Below, one piece after another: positions 38,206 to 52,306 of a stretch of 64,000 nucleotides of DNA. The notes beneath the pieces are model-generated. The model searched no databases and had not been told where the DNA came from. It saw only the letters and a program-made list of their open reading frames with translations. The position numbers and the translations under genes were made by a program. The stretch's first letter is position 1; each line of letters starts with the position of its first letter. Source of the stretch: Octopus bimaculoides (Eukaryota); contig NC_069003.1 of NCBI RefSeq assembly GCF_001194135.2, positions 32,756,263 through 32,820,262 on the forward strand, read 5' to 3'.

Positions 38206-38264
38206 CTACAGAAAAATTACGAGAAATGATTGCTAAGCACTAATGAAAGAAAATTACTGAGTTA

Positions 38265-38300
<36 letters not shown>

Positions 38301-39339
38301 ATTTTTTTAATTCTTTTACTTGTTTGTCATTCGACTGCGACCATGCTGGAGCACCACCTTCAGTCGAACTAATTGACCCTAGGACTTACTCTTTGTAATC
38401 TCAGTACTTTTCTATCGACATCTTTTGCTGAACCGCTAAGTTACTGGTATGTAAACATACTAGCATCGGTTGTCAAGCGATGGTGGTGATGGGGGACAAA
38501 CATATACATATATATATACAACAAGCTTCTATCAGTTTCCATCTACCAAATCTACTCACAAGGCTTTGGTTGGCTCGAGGCTATAGTAGAAGACACTATA
38601 AAATGCTACAATTAGCCATCATTTTTGATGGCATGGGGCCAGCTAATATAATAATACACACACACACATATATATATACAATGGGCTTCCTGCAGTTTCC
38701 CTCTACCAAATCTGCCCACAAGCTTTTGGTCAGACAGGCTACATAACTGAAGACGTTTGCCCAAGGTGACATCCATATAGTGGGACTGAACCCAGAACCA
38801 TTTGGTTGAGAAGCTAACTTGTTATCAACAGACACTATATAATATATATATATCTTTTGATGTTTGTTTTTATGTTCAATTATAAAAACAATTTTACATT
38901 AATCTGAAGGATTACTCCATGCTTTTATAGAATGCAGATTTATTATTCTTTAACAAGTATAGCATTGACAGTGACTTTAAAGTTTCAGCTAGCTGAGACA
39001 TCATTAGACAATCTGACAGACAGACACACATACGCACATAATTTAATGGCCATGTTCTGCTGGCATTTGTAGGACTACTTGATAAGATCCGATGTGTCCA
39101 AGGACAATATCATGGAAAATATACTTGATGATGATGTATGTGTGTATGTTTGTGTGTATGCTGAAATGAAGTGATAGGTCCAAATATAACATCTTGAGGT
39201 ACATCTTTTTTCTCTGATGAAATTATGCTCATGTCACATAAATGCAAATTTAATGTCTAAATTTGTAATTAAATTATTGAGTGTTAATTGAAACAGCTGT
39301 AAGAAACGTTGATGATCAATTTGTTAATAATAAATAATT

Positions 39340-39606
39340 GGCAATGACCGAGACCAAAGGCCTTATGTCGTGCTTGAGAAGAAGACCTATCAAGCTGAGC
39401 AAAATCGCAGTTGTGGCAGATAACAGTGTCAAACAAATGGCATGTAAAAGCACCCATTACACTCTAGGAGTGGTTGGCGTTAGGAAGGGCATCCAGCCGT
39501 AGAAGACCACGGCAAATCAGACTGGAGGCTGGTGCAGCCTTCCAGCTTACCAGCCCTAGTCAAACTGTCCAGCATGGACAACGGATGTTAAATGATGATG
39601 ATGATG
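39340..39606 (+). mobile_element. Family R retroposon, longer copy
   Basis: Same 3' motif and (GAT)n tail as 1-164. Confidence 0.75.
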
Positions 39607-39652
39607 AATTGTTAACTTCCTTATCTCCATTTTTGTTTTTTCTTTTAACTGG

Positions 39653-39699
<47 letters not shown>

Positions 39700-39709
39700 N
39701 NNNNNNNNN

Positions 39710-39747
<38 letters not shown>

Positions 39748-40298
39748 TAGTAAAGCCTGTTTGCCAACACAATATGGCAGTCCAATACAGGACGTTGTTT
39801 CTACTTAGCTCCAGGAAAACATCTTTTCCAGCTGGCTACCAACACGTGCTCTATGTCCGTATATATATAAAAAAAATATATGTATACATATATCTATGTA
39901 TATGTATGCATATAGAAGTATGTGTGTGTAATTATACGAATAAATTATATATATATATTCGTATATGTAACATCTACATATCTATAGTTGATACACACAC
40001 ACTCATACATTACCATTCAAAAATAGTTTTATATCTATTTTATATATATATATATATATACTGATATTTTTTAGTTTACTAATCACCAAGTTATGTTTCA
40101 TATGTGTAGAATGTTTAGTAAAATGTTCTTTATAGATAGGTATGCGATTTAACATTCGTGGAAGAATGCATGCATGCCTTGAATGTCTGCCGGCAGTTTC
40201 CACTGGAACTTGTATTGTAATTTTTTTTTTTTTGTGAGGAAGCACAAATATGGCTTGGAATTGTTTCAGCGTCCGGCACACTTTACCGAGAAACATAC

Positions 40299-40311
40299 TT
40301 GATTCTCTAGT
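40299..40311 (-). CDS. Candidate 13-nt microexon of gene B (LLENQ)
   Basis: Branch-like ctaac then ttttcgtgttgcag|ACTAGAGAATCAA|gtatgt. Confidence 0.4.
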
Positions 40312-41824
40312 CTGCAACACGAAAAGTTAGATTTAATTTGTCGTATACGATTTATCGGAATTTGTAAAAAAAAAGATTTCTCGTAAAGAACCCAACCCAT
40401 TTTTTGAATTACAGAACTTATTTTTAAAATGTTCTTGGTAGTTATTGAAACTATGAAGTCATGATAAAACTCTTTGGTTGTATATTAATATTGATAAACT
40501 GTTTCCAGTAATTTCTCTAAAATTATTGAATTATTAAAAAATTTTATTACAGAAATGGGATCTCGTTAAATTTATTCATTCCTGCCTCATGAAGTATTAA
40601 AGTTTACCAGATTATATATAAAATTAAAAAAAAAAAAAGATTTGCATGCTGATGACGAAAATCGGATTCATTTTACCTAGAAATTAATGGTAAAAAAAAG
40701 TTTCATCAGTCCAGAAAATTTATAAAAAATAAAAATCTGTTGAAAATTTGAAATAACTTGAAAATTGGTTAAAAGAAATTAAACATGATCCCCAAAACGA
40801 AATAAATAAATAAAAAAGCATCCATTTTCTGAGAATTCATGATGAATCAGACGATACAACATTAAGAGGAAGAAAACCTGATGCTTTTATTATTATCATT
40901 ATTATTATGGTTGTTGTTATTCTTAATAGTTAAGAAATACAGCTGCATGTATAGATCTATTTTTATACTAAACACGCCACTGTCGGCTACAAATAACTTT
41001 TTGAAACTCTCGTCACCGTCTGCCATAAACGCGCTATTGTATTCTCCGCATTAATGCTACACTTTCCACAGCAACTTTCTTCTCGTTGCTTACATAATGT
41101 ATATGTGTGTATATTTTCTAACGGTTCCTCTCGTTCATAAATATATATTTCTACGTTTAGTGTGTAATATAAGATCACACGGAGACTTGTTATTTTATTT
41201 AAGTCATTAATCTAAGTCATTAATCTATTTGTTATTAAAGTACAACCCCAAACAAGAATCATCATTCGCTTTGAGTGGTGCATTTTTGCTCGAACAGGGA
41301 TAGTCACAGAGACGTTCCGGCATGACAATTTCGACCTTCTTTTTATTATTTTTCTGGTATCCAGCACTCATGCACCACATTGTTCATTGTAGTGTCTTTT
41401 CTTTAAGACAGTAAGTTGCATTTAAGGGCGTTTCCATTCTAGTAGGTTAAGCGACCGCATACATGTTCTTTCAAACAGTCGCCATTCCCATTCGAAGGTA
41501 TCACTTTATTATCCCCTTTTCTGTCCCCTAGAGACAGCGCTAACGGCCTATAACGCGTTCGTTCAGCCTGCTAGAAATAGAAGCCGGATTTCCTTCCAAT
41601 ACATCATATCGTGTTCAAACGTAGTAGTAGTCATCGTCGATATACCGAGAGACGCGTTGGCCTCGGCTGCAACGTCTTTGATCGAAGCCTTCTTGACCTA
41701 GGACAGATAAGATACTAACAGCAGCAGCAACAAGAAGAATCCTTTTCCACTTGTATTTGTTTACTGGCTTTGTAGGAAAGTATGTTAACTATTTACTAAT
41801 AGGTCATGAGCTGAAATCTCTTAC

Positions 41825-41853
41825 AAGCGCTTTGTGGTTTCTGCGCCGGACAT
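41825..41853 (-). CDS. Candidate first coding exon of gene B (MSGAETTKR..)
   Basis: ggcggaaaATG context, donor CTT|gtaaga, inside a CpG-rich island at about 40.1-42.0 kb. Confidence 0.45.
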
Positions 41854-43145
41854 TTTCCGCCACCTCGTCGACAAGGAAGCCTCGATGTAGTCTTTCGATT
41901 TTCCTCATATTGCTGCTCTCTACCGATTTATAAAGAGGATGGGTACAAATAATGTAGTCATAGATAAAAACTATGCCCGAAACAAATGGCATGTTCAAAT
42001 CACAAATCTGCTCTACCAGGCTGACTAGGGTTAAACGAAAGGAATAGAGTACCCCATCAATCTATTTAAGTCCCAACCAATAGTTTATCTGTTGCTTCAC
42101 TCTGTTTCAGTATGACCTACATATTAAGGATTAATTGAATCCTTAATATACGGATCATACTGAGACAGAGTGAGACGGCAGGTGAACTTTTGGTTTGGAC
42201 CGAACTAGATCGATCTGGCACCCTCTTGCTTTTTATGCAGATTAAATCATCTTTCATATTCCTAGGAGATATGTGACAGGTTAGTCTGGCTGTCTGTCTC
42301 TCTCTTTGAATGAACAGCACATAATTAAAGTCTTAAAATATACTACAATAACAGTTTTGTGGTTCCTTCTCTTGTGTTGAGGATGTGACTGGTTTTCTAG
42401 CAATGGAGATGAGAAGCGTCTTATACCTGTTCTGTAAAGTGCGAGATTGTGATGGCCCTGTCTCTAGCAGTAGTGAAGCTAGTGTCAAGAGAAAGGGCTC
42501 CCAGTACACTTGATATAGGGGTTGGTGTTAGGAAGGGTATCTAGTTGTAGAAACCAAGCCAAAAATGAAATGCAAGTGAAATGAGATGCTCTGAATCATC
42601 TAGGTGAGCATTACCTTCAAATATGTGCAGAGTCCAATGATGGCAACCCAATCCAATGTATGCCAATGTGGAAAGCAAACATAAAGACAAATAATAATGG
42701 AAGAGCCAGACCTAGAAAGACATGGGATGATCTCAAGATGGTCAATCTCACAAAAAAGATAACGAGCAGCAATGTAGAGACACTATCTGCTTGATTGGCA
42801 GATATATTTTTTATTTTTTAGTTGTTCCAGTTATCAAACTGTGGCCATACTGGTGCACTACCTTGAATGGTTTAGTTGGAGAAATCAGCACTTATTTTTT
42901 TATTTTTTTTTAAGCATCATACTTATTCTATCGGACCTTTTTTGCTGAACTGCTAAGTTGCTGGGATGTAAAACAGCAAATCAACATTGGTCGTGAAGTT
43001 GTGGTGGGGTACAAGCATAAACATAGGCACACACACACAGATAGATATATATGTATGTGTGTGTATAAATATGCAGCTATTCTCCACGTAGCCTAGTCGG
43101 TAGATGGAAACTGAAAGAAGCCTGTCGTGTATATATGTATGTATA

Positions 43146-43178
<33 letters not shown>

Positions 43179-43300
43179 GTATATATATGTATATTTTAAA
43201 GTGATGTTCAAATTTAATGTATTAAGAAAAAGGAGGCAGTCAGAATTTTGGATAATTTTTTTATAAGCGTTTTTGTCTCCTTCATGGAGACTCCTCAGTT

Positions 43301-43406
<106 letters not shown>

Positions 43407-46244
43407 GTGAAGCTTTCATTTTCCATCTACCAACTAGGTTTTGTGGGAGATAGCTGCTTATTTTCATGAGGCAACGGTCTTTGAGCAACACATGATGAAT
43501 TTTGACTGGTGCAGAAGAGGGGCCATACTATATAAACGGTGATCAATATAATGATGAAATAATCTTAGATCAATCAATAAATCATTCAATCTGTAGATGA
43601 GGACGAATTGATTGTTCAGCCTTGGAGAAAAGTCTTGGGGCTAGCACAATGGTTTTGTTGTTGTTAAGTCTCTGGTCTGCTCTCATTGAACTGGCTTATG
43701 ATTAAGTGTTTAGCATGTAAACTAGCTATATCTGGCCCAAATACTCTACCTGTTTTATGTTCAGACTAACCAGATCTGGCTTCTTACACTTGCCCTACAA
43801 TGTCATTCTAAAAATAGACAATCACATCATCAGGGCTACAAGATAATGCATGATTAATTCTCAACAATGTGAAGAAATAAATATTATATTTGACAATAAT
43901 CTGACTGCCAAAGGGCTGCATTATTATCCCCAATGCATGCAGGAATACATTCCTTTCCTCTTTTCTAAGATGATAGGGTGTAATATGATTGAGATTTTTG
44001 GTTGTCATTTCTAGTGGGTTAATTGACCTTGTAGAAGCGTCCTCTGGCTATATTTGTCATTAAAGATACTTGTGAATGAGATAATTAATGAAGTAATTGA
44101 AAATTAAAAGGTCCTCAGAGATATTAATATACTGAAGGCACTGCTGTGGTTGTTTATTTGTAACTGATGTCGGAAGCTGCTAGGCTTATGTAACAATACT
44201 TCATTAAATATAATAATAAGTGTGATATAGTAGCTTGAGGAAAGTTTAAATGGGTAAATCTATCGTGTATGCTAATGAATATGTTGGTGAAGAGAGAGTC
44301 AGTTATATGCAAGATACAGTTACAATCAATAAAATTCAGTCTGGATTTGTAGTTGAGTATAGAACTACATAAATTACAGTCCAGTCTTATTAAAAACAAT
44401 CAGACAAAAATGCTTGGCAGTGAACAGCTAACTTCATCTTGTCTCTGTTTACCTCAAGAAAGTATTTTCTGAATCTTGAGATTTGTAATAATAATCGGTT
44501 GATAGATAGTGGAAGCTATTTGTGAATAATTCGTTGGTGATGAAATCTGTTTTCGTTCAAGGTGGTTAAATATCAGGCAAAATGAATTCATACATTTGAT
44601 AGTTTTATTATTAACGTGAAAGTGTATAGTCTAGTGGTTAGGGTGTTGCACTCACAATTGCAAGAACAAGGTTTCAATTCCTGTCATGTATATTCAGAAC
44701 TATTTTATCCAAAGTGTCCTACATTTTCTTTTTTTTTTTTTTAATAAAATAAACATGGATGGCCTAATGGTCAGGGTGTTGTACACACAATCGCAAGACC
44801 ATGGTTTCACTCTGTGGACCAGACAGATCGTGCTCTTGAGCAATTCAGCAAGTACCAGGCTTAAAAAAATAATTACTGAGGTTGGTTCATTTGACTAAAA
44901 AATCTTCAAGGTGGTGCCCCAGCTTGGCCATGGTCTAATGATTAACAAGTAAAAGACACACACATACACACACTTGGTGGGCTTCTTTTCGTCTGCCAAA
45001 TCCATTTGCAAGTCTTTGGTCAGCCCAGGGCTAAAGTTGAAGACATTCACCCAGGGTGGCACACAGTGAGACTGAACATATCAATTATTATCTTGTAATA
45101 ACTTACCTGGACAGTTTTTTTTAAGAAACTTATTTGCACTTAGTATTTAGCCTTTTGTCCATTAGATAGGTCACACAACCAAAGTTGTGTGAATGACCTC
45201 AATATTCAGAGTAATGCAGTATAACCAATTAGATAGGTTATGTGAATTTGTGTGATAGGAAAGACAGGAAGATAAATGTAGGCATGTTGAGGAAAATTAG
45301 TCTAGCAAAGGTTTAAAATTGCTATGAGCTGACAGTAAGTTTATTGTTTAGTAGCAGTTTCAGACACATAGCTTAGTTTTGTTTTAACAGATCTTTGAAA
45401 CTTTAGCTTAGCACTGAGTCACAGTCAACATTAACCCTTTTGCTACCATATTTCTGTTAAAATACACTGTCTTTGTTTCAGTCTTTAATTATAAAAGAGA
45501 AGCTAATCTCTATCTGTGTGTAGAGAGAGGAAGGGGAGGATAAAAAATTGAGAGAGTAATACAGTGAGTGAGTGAGAGAGAGAGCGAGAGAGAGTGTGTG
45601 AAAGATAGATATATAGGTAGTGTTGTCACCTTAGTAACTTACAAATTTTGGTCAAAAAGACAGTAATTTTGAATGCAAGTCTGTCAACACAGACTTCAAA
45701 GAAGGACTATCTGTGTATATTTAATACATATAGTTATTTTTGGGGGTTGTATGCGTGTGTGTGTGTCTTTCAACATATAGACAATGCAACACAAACTTTA
45801 AAAAAAGATTTCGCTTTGAACAGTTTGCATGATTAACAAATATTCTTACCAGCAGTGTAGCAACAGGTAACAATCTATTTGATTTTGAAAATAATGAAGA
45901 ATTTAATAAAATAATTTTTGTCATTATTAAGTTAGTGTTTGGAAGATAAATTAACACTGAATTTTCAACCGAAAGTGGTTTTAGGTTCATTCATTTCCAG
46001 TATTCTGTGGAAACCCGTCTGACCATGAGGAAATATTGACCTCACTTGGAAACATGTGAGGGTTGGTGACAGGAAAGCTATCCAGCTGTAGACAATTTAC
46101 CTCAATTTGCAAGCATGGAAGTGGACATTAAAACAACGATAGTGATTGCATATATAGCTTACTAGACTTGAAGTAGAAATGGTTATACTTTACATTCATT
46201 GATTTTTGTTAGGAACCAAGCAATCAATATAAAATCAATTTAAA

Positions 46245-46540
46245 CTTACAGGTCACTGTTGTAAGGTCATGAGTTTGATTTTCAGTGGCACATTGTGTCC
46301 TTGAGCAAAGCACTTTTATTTCTGCCACTCCAGTCCACTCAGTTGGCAAAAATGAGTAGTACCTGTATTTCAAAGGGGCCAGCCTTATCACATTTGGTGT
46401 GTGATACTAAATCTCCTTGAGGACTACATTAAGGATACTTGTATCTGTGGAGTACTCAGCCAGTTGCACATTAATTTCTCGAGCAAGTTATTCTGTTCAT
46501 TGGATCAACTGGAACACTTGTCATAACCAGCAGAGTGCCA
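46245..46540 (+). mobile_element. Family N SINE (Nin/Deu-like core), diverged
   Basis: Homologous to 63441-63819. Confidence 0.7.
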
Positions 46541-46997
46541 GTTTATAAAATCGATTCATTTGTGTCGGTGAGTTTGGTCGTCTTGAAAAGTGTGAATCAG
46601 TCCTGGGCAACACTTTCTGAGAAGCAGGTCACATTAGACATGGCTCATCGTCAGAAGGCTGCATTATTAAAAAAAGAATTCAAGGTAATTTTTCGTTTGG
46701 TGTGCCATTCAGAAAGCCTCGTGGGCTGCAAACAGCCTGCGAACCACAGGTTACTCCTGTCTTGTGTAAATATCTACAAACTAACACCTAGAAACTAATT
46801 TTGCATTTCATTATTGTTCTCCTGATACTGATTCTTACCACTTTCCTCCAATTCTGGATTTTACCAAATCACTACCGTACAATTGAACATTTGCCAAGAT
46901 TACTAATTTGGCCAATCATTTTATCATTTTTCTAAGTGTTTGAAAGATGTTCACTGACGAAAATTAGGGGATATTTTTACAGCTCAGATTGGATGAT

Positions 46998-47213
46998 TAC
47001 CATATTTTCTAACATACAAGTTGACATAGCATGTAGTGTAATCATATAGTTTAAGCATTCAAACATTGTCACTCTTTTTCTAGATCCTGTTGCATTTCAC
47101 ATGGAATTTTTGGCTCCCACCAAAGTTGTCGTGGTGTATAAGTCAACTTACTTTTCTTTTGGCTGTAAATTTTTTGTTTGAAAAATCCCACTTGTATGCT
47201 AGAAAATATGGTA
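46998..47213. mobile_element. MITE with 24-bp terminal inverted repeats
   Basis: taccatattttctaacatacaagt / acttgtatgctagaaaatatggta (1 mismatch); siblings at 47320-47527 and 51200-51380. Confidence 0.8.
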
Positions 47214-47699
47214 TGTTTGTATTTAAGATAGAAGGGTATGATTCGAAAGGGATTTAGCGGCTATTTCTAACAGACCTAATGACCATCTAGAGGCTTTCTT
47301 TTGTTAGCTCATGCATACATACAGAATTTTATAACATACAAGTCAACATGGCATATAATGTAAACATGTAGTATAAATATTAAAACATCATTATCTTTCC
47401 AAATTCTGCTGCATTTCACATGGAAATTTTAGTCCCCCAAAGTTGTTTTGGTGTATAAGTTGACTTGTTTTCTTTGTCTGTAAATTTTGGTTTGAAAAAT
47501 CTGACTTGTATGCCAGAAAATACAGTAGGAATCATAAGTAATGGCATTCATCTTTCAGCTCTTAAGAAACAGAGTTTCTTGAAGGTAAATTTCACTTTTC
47601 AGCTATATTTCCATTTCCTTCTTTTTTCTTTTTCTTTTTACTGCTGTCCAGTTTTTGACATGGAACTCTTATATGAGATCAGTGAAGATAATGTTTACT

Positions 47700-47900
47700 G
47701 TCTTTAGAGATTTCCTAGCCTTCTTAGACTTTAAGAAGCCAGTGTTGGTCTGCTTTCTCAAGGCTTATAAAGTAAAATTGATAAAAATAGGATGTAGATC
47801 TCTGCTGCCTCTCATTAATTTCTTTTCTTTCAATTTTTCTCCGAAGAAGGATTCTGCCTGAAACATTGGTTTTTCCACTCACCCATGGCAAGTTCACTAT
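47700..47900 (+). mobile_element. Penelope-like 3' remnant with broken hammerhead core
   Basis: CCGAAGA-AGG..CCT-GAAAC at 47841-47864. Confidence 0.35.
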
Positions 47901-48159
47901 ACTCTCTTTATGTGTGTGTGTTTGTGTTGTTCACGAACAAGAATATAGTTGACAATGACTACAAAGTTTTGGCCAGTTAATCCGTCATTGGCAGTCTGAT
48001 GATGACTTAACTGGCTAAAACTTTGAAGTCACTGTCAACAATATTCTTGTTTAAGAACAAATTTGCACTCTGCAAAAGCATAGAGTAACCCCTCAGATTA
48101 ATGTAAAATTGTTTTTATTATAACTGAACATAAAAACAAACACACACATATACAGGGGA

Positions 48160-48378
48160 GAGGGGGTGCTGAAAAGTTCGTAGCTTTAAGGGTATCACAA
48201 AAGTCCTGGTTAGAGGCCCTATCTTCCAAGTTCTTTTACAGGGCTCAGAAAAACTGAAGAACCACTGCAAAATAGGTGTGTGAATTTGAGAGGGGAACAT
48301 GTTGAATAAAATCCTAATAAACTGATTCTCCTGTATTTTCTATTCTCCTAAGCCCGAAACTTTTCAGCACCTCTTCAT
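48160..48378. mobile_element. mariner-derived MITE
   Basis: Terminal repeats gagggggtgctgaaaagtt / aacttttcagcacctctt. Confidence 0.65.
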
Positions 48379-50137
48379 ATATAGATATGTACATCTCCAC
48401 TTTTAATCTACCAGTATCTACCTACATTGTATCAGGGACATTCTGTCTGGTTACACAAGGTAGGCTGTACCTATCCAGGTTAAAACTATAAATATTTCTA
48501 AAAAACAGAAGATGTAATAATAATAATAATAATAATACCAGTAAATAATGCTATTAATTATATGTGCTGGAGTTCACCTCTATAGTACAAAAAATAGTAT
48601 TTAAATGGAGGCAGAAACTAAACCATCTGTGTGTTACAAAAGCGTAAGTATGTACATGTGTGTTATATCACGTGCGTATGTGTGTTACAATACATGTGTG
48701 TACATGTGTGCATTTTGTGATTGAGCTAATTTTAAGAGATATTCTGTTTCATGTGAAAGTTTAAAATAGTAATAATGAGTATGTATGTATGTATGTATGT
48801 ATGTATGTATGTATGTATGTATGCATGTGCAAATGTATGTATGCGTGTATATATATATATGTGTGTGTGTGTGTATATATATATTAGTAAGATTATAGAG
48901 TAACCTGTTAGAAGGATAGATAGGGAGGAAGATGAGAGAAAATGAAATAGAGTAAAACTATAAAATACAATAAACGGTATAGCTGTGTGGTAGAAAGTTT
49001 GCTTCCCAACCGTATGGTTCTGGGTTCAGTCCCGCTGTGTGGTACCTTGGGAAAGTCTCTTCTGCTATAGCCTCGGGCTGGCCAAAAAGCCTTGTGAGCG
49101 GATTTGGTAGACAGAAACTGAAATAAGAAGCCCATTATATATTTATGTGTGTGTTTGTGTGTGTCTGCTTGTCTCTACCACTACTTGACAACCAGTGTTG
49201 ATGTATTTATTAGACCCTACTGCCTACTCCAGGAATTTATTCATGGTATGTTTGGCTAGACAAATGTCAAAGGCTGCTTGTGAGACTTGAACCCACATGT
49301 CATGTAAACTTGACAGGTATTCAACCTAATATTTACATGGTATTTTTTATAGCTTTATCTTCTTCAAGATACACTGTTCCAAATATGACAATTATTCTCG
49401 CTGATAAGAATGAAGTTTTTAGAGAAATTTGAGGGATTGCTTTGGTCCAGTGGTAAGTTAGAACAGCTCTCATGTTTACAGGAGATGTGGGTTTCAAGTC
49501 CCTTGAGCATAGTTCAGCTTTTTCTATCTGAAGAGTAAATTCAAATATTGGTCACGTTTGTTTTTCAAATTATTTTCCTCATCCTGGATATGTTGTTGAC
49601 ATTGTCTTTGGCTTGTATTCTCTACAGTAATCTTTCAGGCGATATTCCTGAGTCAAGGATATTCCTGCAGTATACAGATGAAGGTCTGTACCTGGAACTT
49701 TTGTTTTTACCAACTGGATCTAATGTTCTTAACACCAGCCATTATCCCAACAGACACTAAGTGTTGTCATTTTTAAAGTACTTAATCATTTATCTCCATG
49801 TAGATAAATATTGGTCTTGCATTATATTTCAAAGACTTAAATCAGAATCTGATGTAATACTTTTCACATCAGATTATTTTCTAACCAATCTGATGAACAA
49901 ATTAAATGGCTTGATTAAAATGTACTGTCCTTTCCTTTATTTTGTTTGATTAATTTAACATATCGAATACCAATGAGAAAAGCTGCTTATCTGTTACAAT
50001 TAGTGGTTCTTTATTCAAGTCATTATGTTTCTGGACACACTGCAACAACCCTATAAAAGAGACACAATAGAAAGTAGCCTACTTAAAAGTTCAGGAACAC
50101 AGGCTGCATCTAATGTTTTATCATTTGTTTTGATCAA

Positions 50138-50297
50138 TCATCATCATCATTTAACGTCCGCTTTCCATGCTAGCATGGGTTGGACGATTTGACTGAGGAC
50201 TGGCGCAACCGGATGGCTACACCAGGCTCCAATCTGATTTGGCAGAGTTTCTACAGCTGGATACCTTTCCTAACGCCAACCACTCCGAGAGTGTAGT
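50138..50297 (-). mobile_element. Family R retroposon
   Basis: Near-exact reverse complement of 1-164; longer variant at 50600-50832, 60690-60921 and 45985-46145. Confidence 0.8.
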
Positions 50298-52262
50298 TGC
50301 TAAACTGAATACATGTATGGCCATGTGGTGAAGAAGATTGAATTGGAATCTGTGGTTCTGGGTGTGATAGCCATTGTGCAAGCATCTTGGAGAAGTTTCT
50401 TCTACTTTAGCTAAAGTTTGACCCTGTGGAAGCCTGTTGAATAAACTGAATTTATTCAGGTCTCCTGTCTGAGGATGATTTGATGTTTTGGTCTGCTACT
50501 TCCAACTGTAATAATCTAAGAGTTGTTTCTTCTTCCTGTTTCTAGACAGCCCTAAAATATGTACACATGCATTATATATATATATATATATATATATATC
50601 TTGACATCATGTTATCGTTGTAAAATTATTGTCACTCTCATACAGACAGTGTTATTCATTTCCAATCTACTGCAAGGACACAAGTCTGACCATGGAGACA
50701 TTACCTTGCTTGGAAACAGGTGACGGTTGATAACAGGAAGGGCATCTGGCTGTAGCAAATTTTCCTCAACAAATTGCATCCGGCCCATGCATGCATGGAA
50801 AAGTGGATGTTAAAATGATGACGACGATGATGGTGAAATACATCTTTGTAAATATGTCAGACTGAATTTATTTAAAACTGAAGTATTTTAGGATCTCAAA
50901 AAATATATTATCATCATCATTGTTTTTTTTTTTGTTGTTTTTTTTTGTCCACTTATTTCATGCTGCAATGAGTTGAACTAATTAATATATTTCATAGTAT
51001 TGATATTTTTTCATATGTGTGACATTTACTTCATCTTCATTTGATCATCTTATAGTTCATTGTATTGTTTAGATAATGACAAGTTATTTTCGTCAATGAG
51101 AGATCGAATGCCTAAGTTCCTAGGATATTAAAGAAACCAGCTGATTGGTCAGAGCCATATATCCTGTTACAAGTGTTCCAGAGTCTATGGCCAAGAGTTT
51201 ACTGTATTTTCTGGCATAAAAGCTGGTGTAGTACGTAATGTAAATATTTAAACATCATCACTATCTTTGCAAATCCTGCTGCATTTCACATGGAAATTTT
51301 TGGTCTTGGGGTATAAGTTGACTTTTTTTATGGTATAAAATTTGGCTTGAAAATTTCAACTTGTATATCAGAAAATACAGTATGTACATATGAGAGAAGA
51401 GTGCAGTTTGAAAGAGGTTTAGCTATTATCTCTTTGGAAACCCATATGACATAACAAAAAACAAACAAACCAAAGACAAAACAAAAACAAGACACACCCT
51501 TATCCCCAAACACCCCCTTCAGATTAAGCGTGAAGACTAAAACGGTAATTTAATATTAGTTATACTTATGAATCTGTGAAATCAAAGCTTCATTATTTTA
51601 TTTTCAGAACAGATGCATCACAGCTTCTTGTGTGCTTGCAGTTGACTCCTGGTACTAATATCCCCCCCCCCACACACACACACACACACAATCCAATTTA
51701 GAGGTTTCTCTCTCTTTAGACTTGTAATATGATAAAGTTGACAAGGGATTTGTTGTTCTTGCATTAAGGAAAAAGCTACCTCTGTCACACTATCATATCT
51801 AGGTGTGAGGTTACCTCTCATCTGGTTAATACTATGGAAACATAGCTAGGTGTGGCTGTGTGTTAAGCAGCTTGCCAACCACATGGTTCTGTGTTCAGAC
51901 CGCTGTGTGGCACCTTGGGCAAGGGTCTTTTACTATTGCCTCAGGCCGACCAAAGCCTTGTGAGTGGATTTGGTAGAAGGAAACTGAAAGAAGCACCCTG
52001 TATTTTTTTATTCTTTTATTTGTTTCAGTCATTTGACTGCAGCCATGCTGGAGCACCGCCTTTAGTTGAACAAATCGACCCCAGGACTTATTCTTTGTTA
52101 GCCTAGTACTCATCCTATTGGTTTCTTTTGCTAAACCACTAAGTTACAGGGATGTAAACACACTAACTTTGGTTGTGGTACCACCCCACCCATGCTAGCA
52201 TGGAACACGGACGTTAAATGATGATGGGGTTATATATATCCGTGTGTGTGTGTGTGTATATA

Positions 52263-52306
<44 letters not shown>

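Noticed and set aside
40862-41026. 55-codon minus ORF starting MADGDESFKKLFVADSG
   Set aside because: No convincing donor, it runs into (AAT)n-like sequence, and it lies in the proposed first intron of gene B
44620-44830. tRNA-like A/B box sequences (also near 49445 and 33070)
   Set aside because: No cloverleaf; they continue into SINE bodies, so they are SINE heads and not tRNA genes
46535-46798. ORF with MAHRQKAALLKKEFK|gtaatt resembling a first exon
   Set aside because: Homologous in reverse to 59730-59860, the non-coding 5' region next to a mariner remnant
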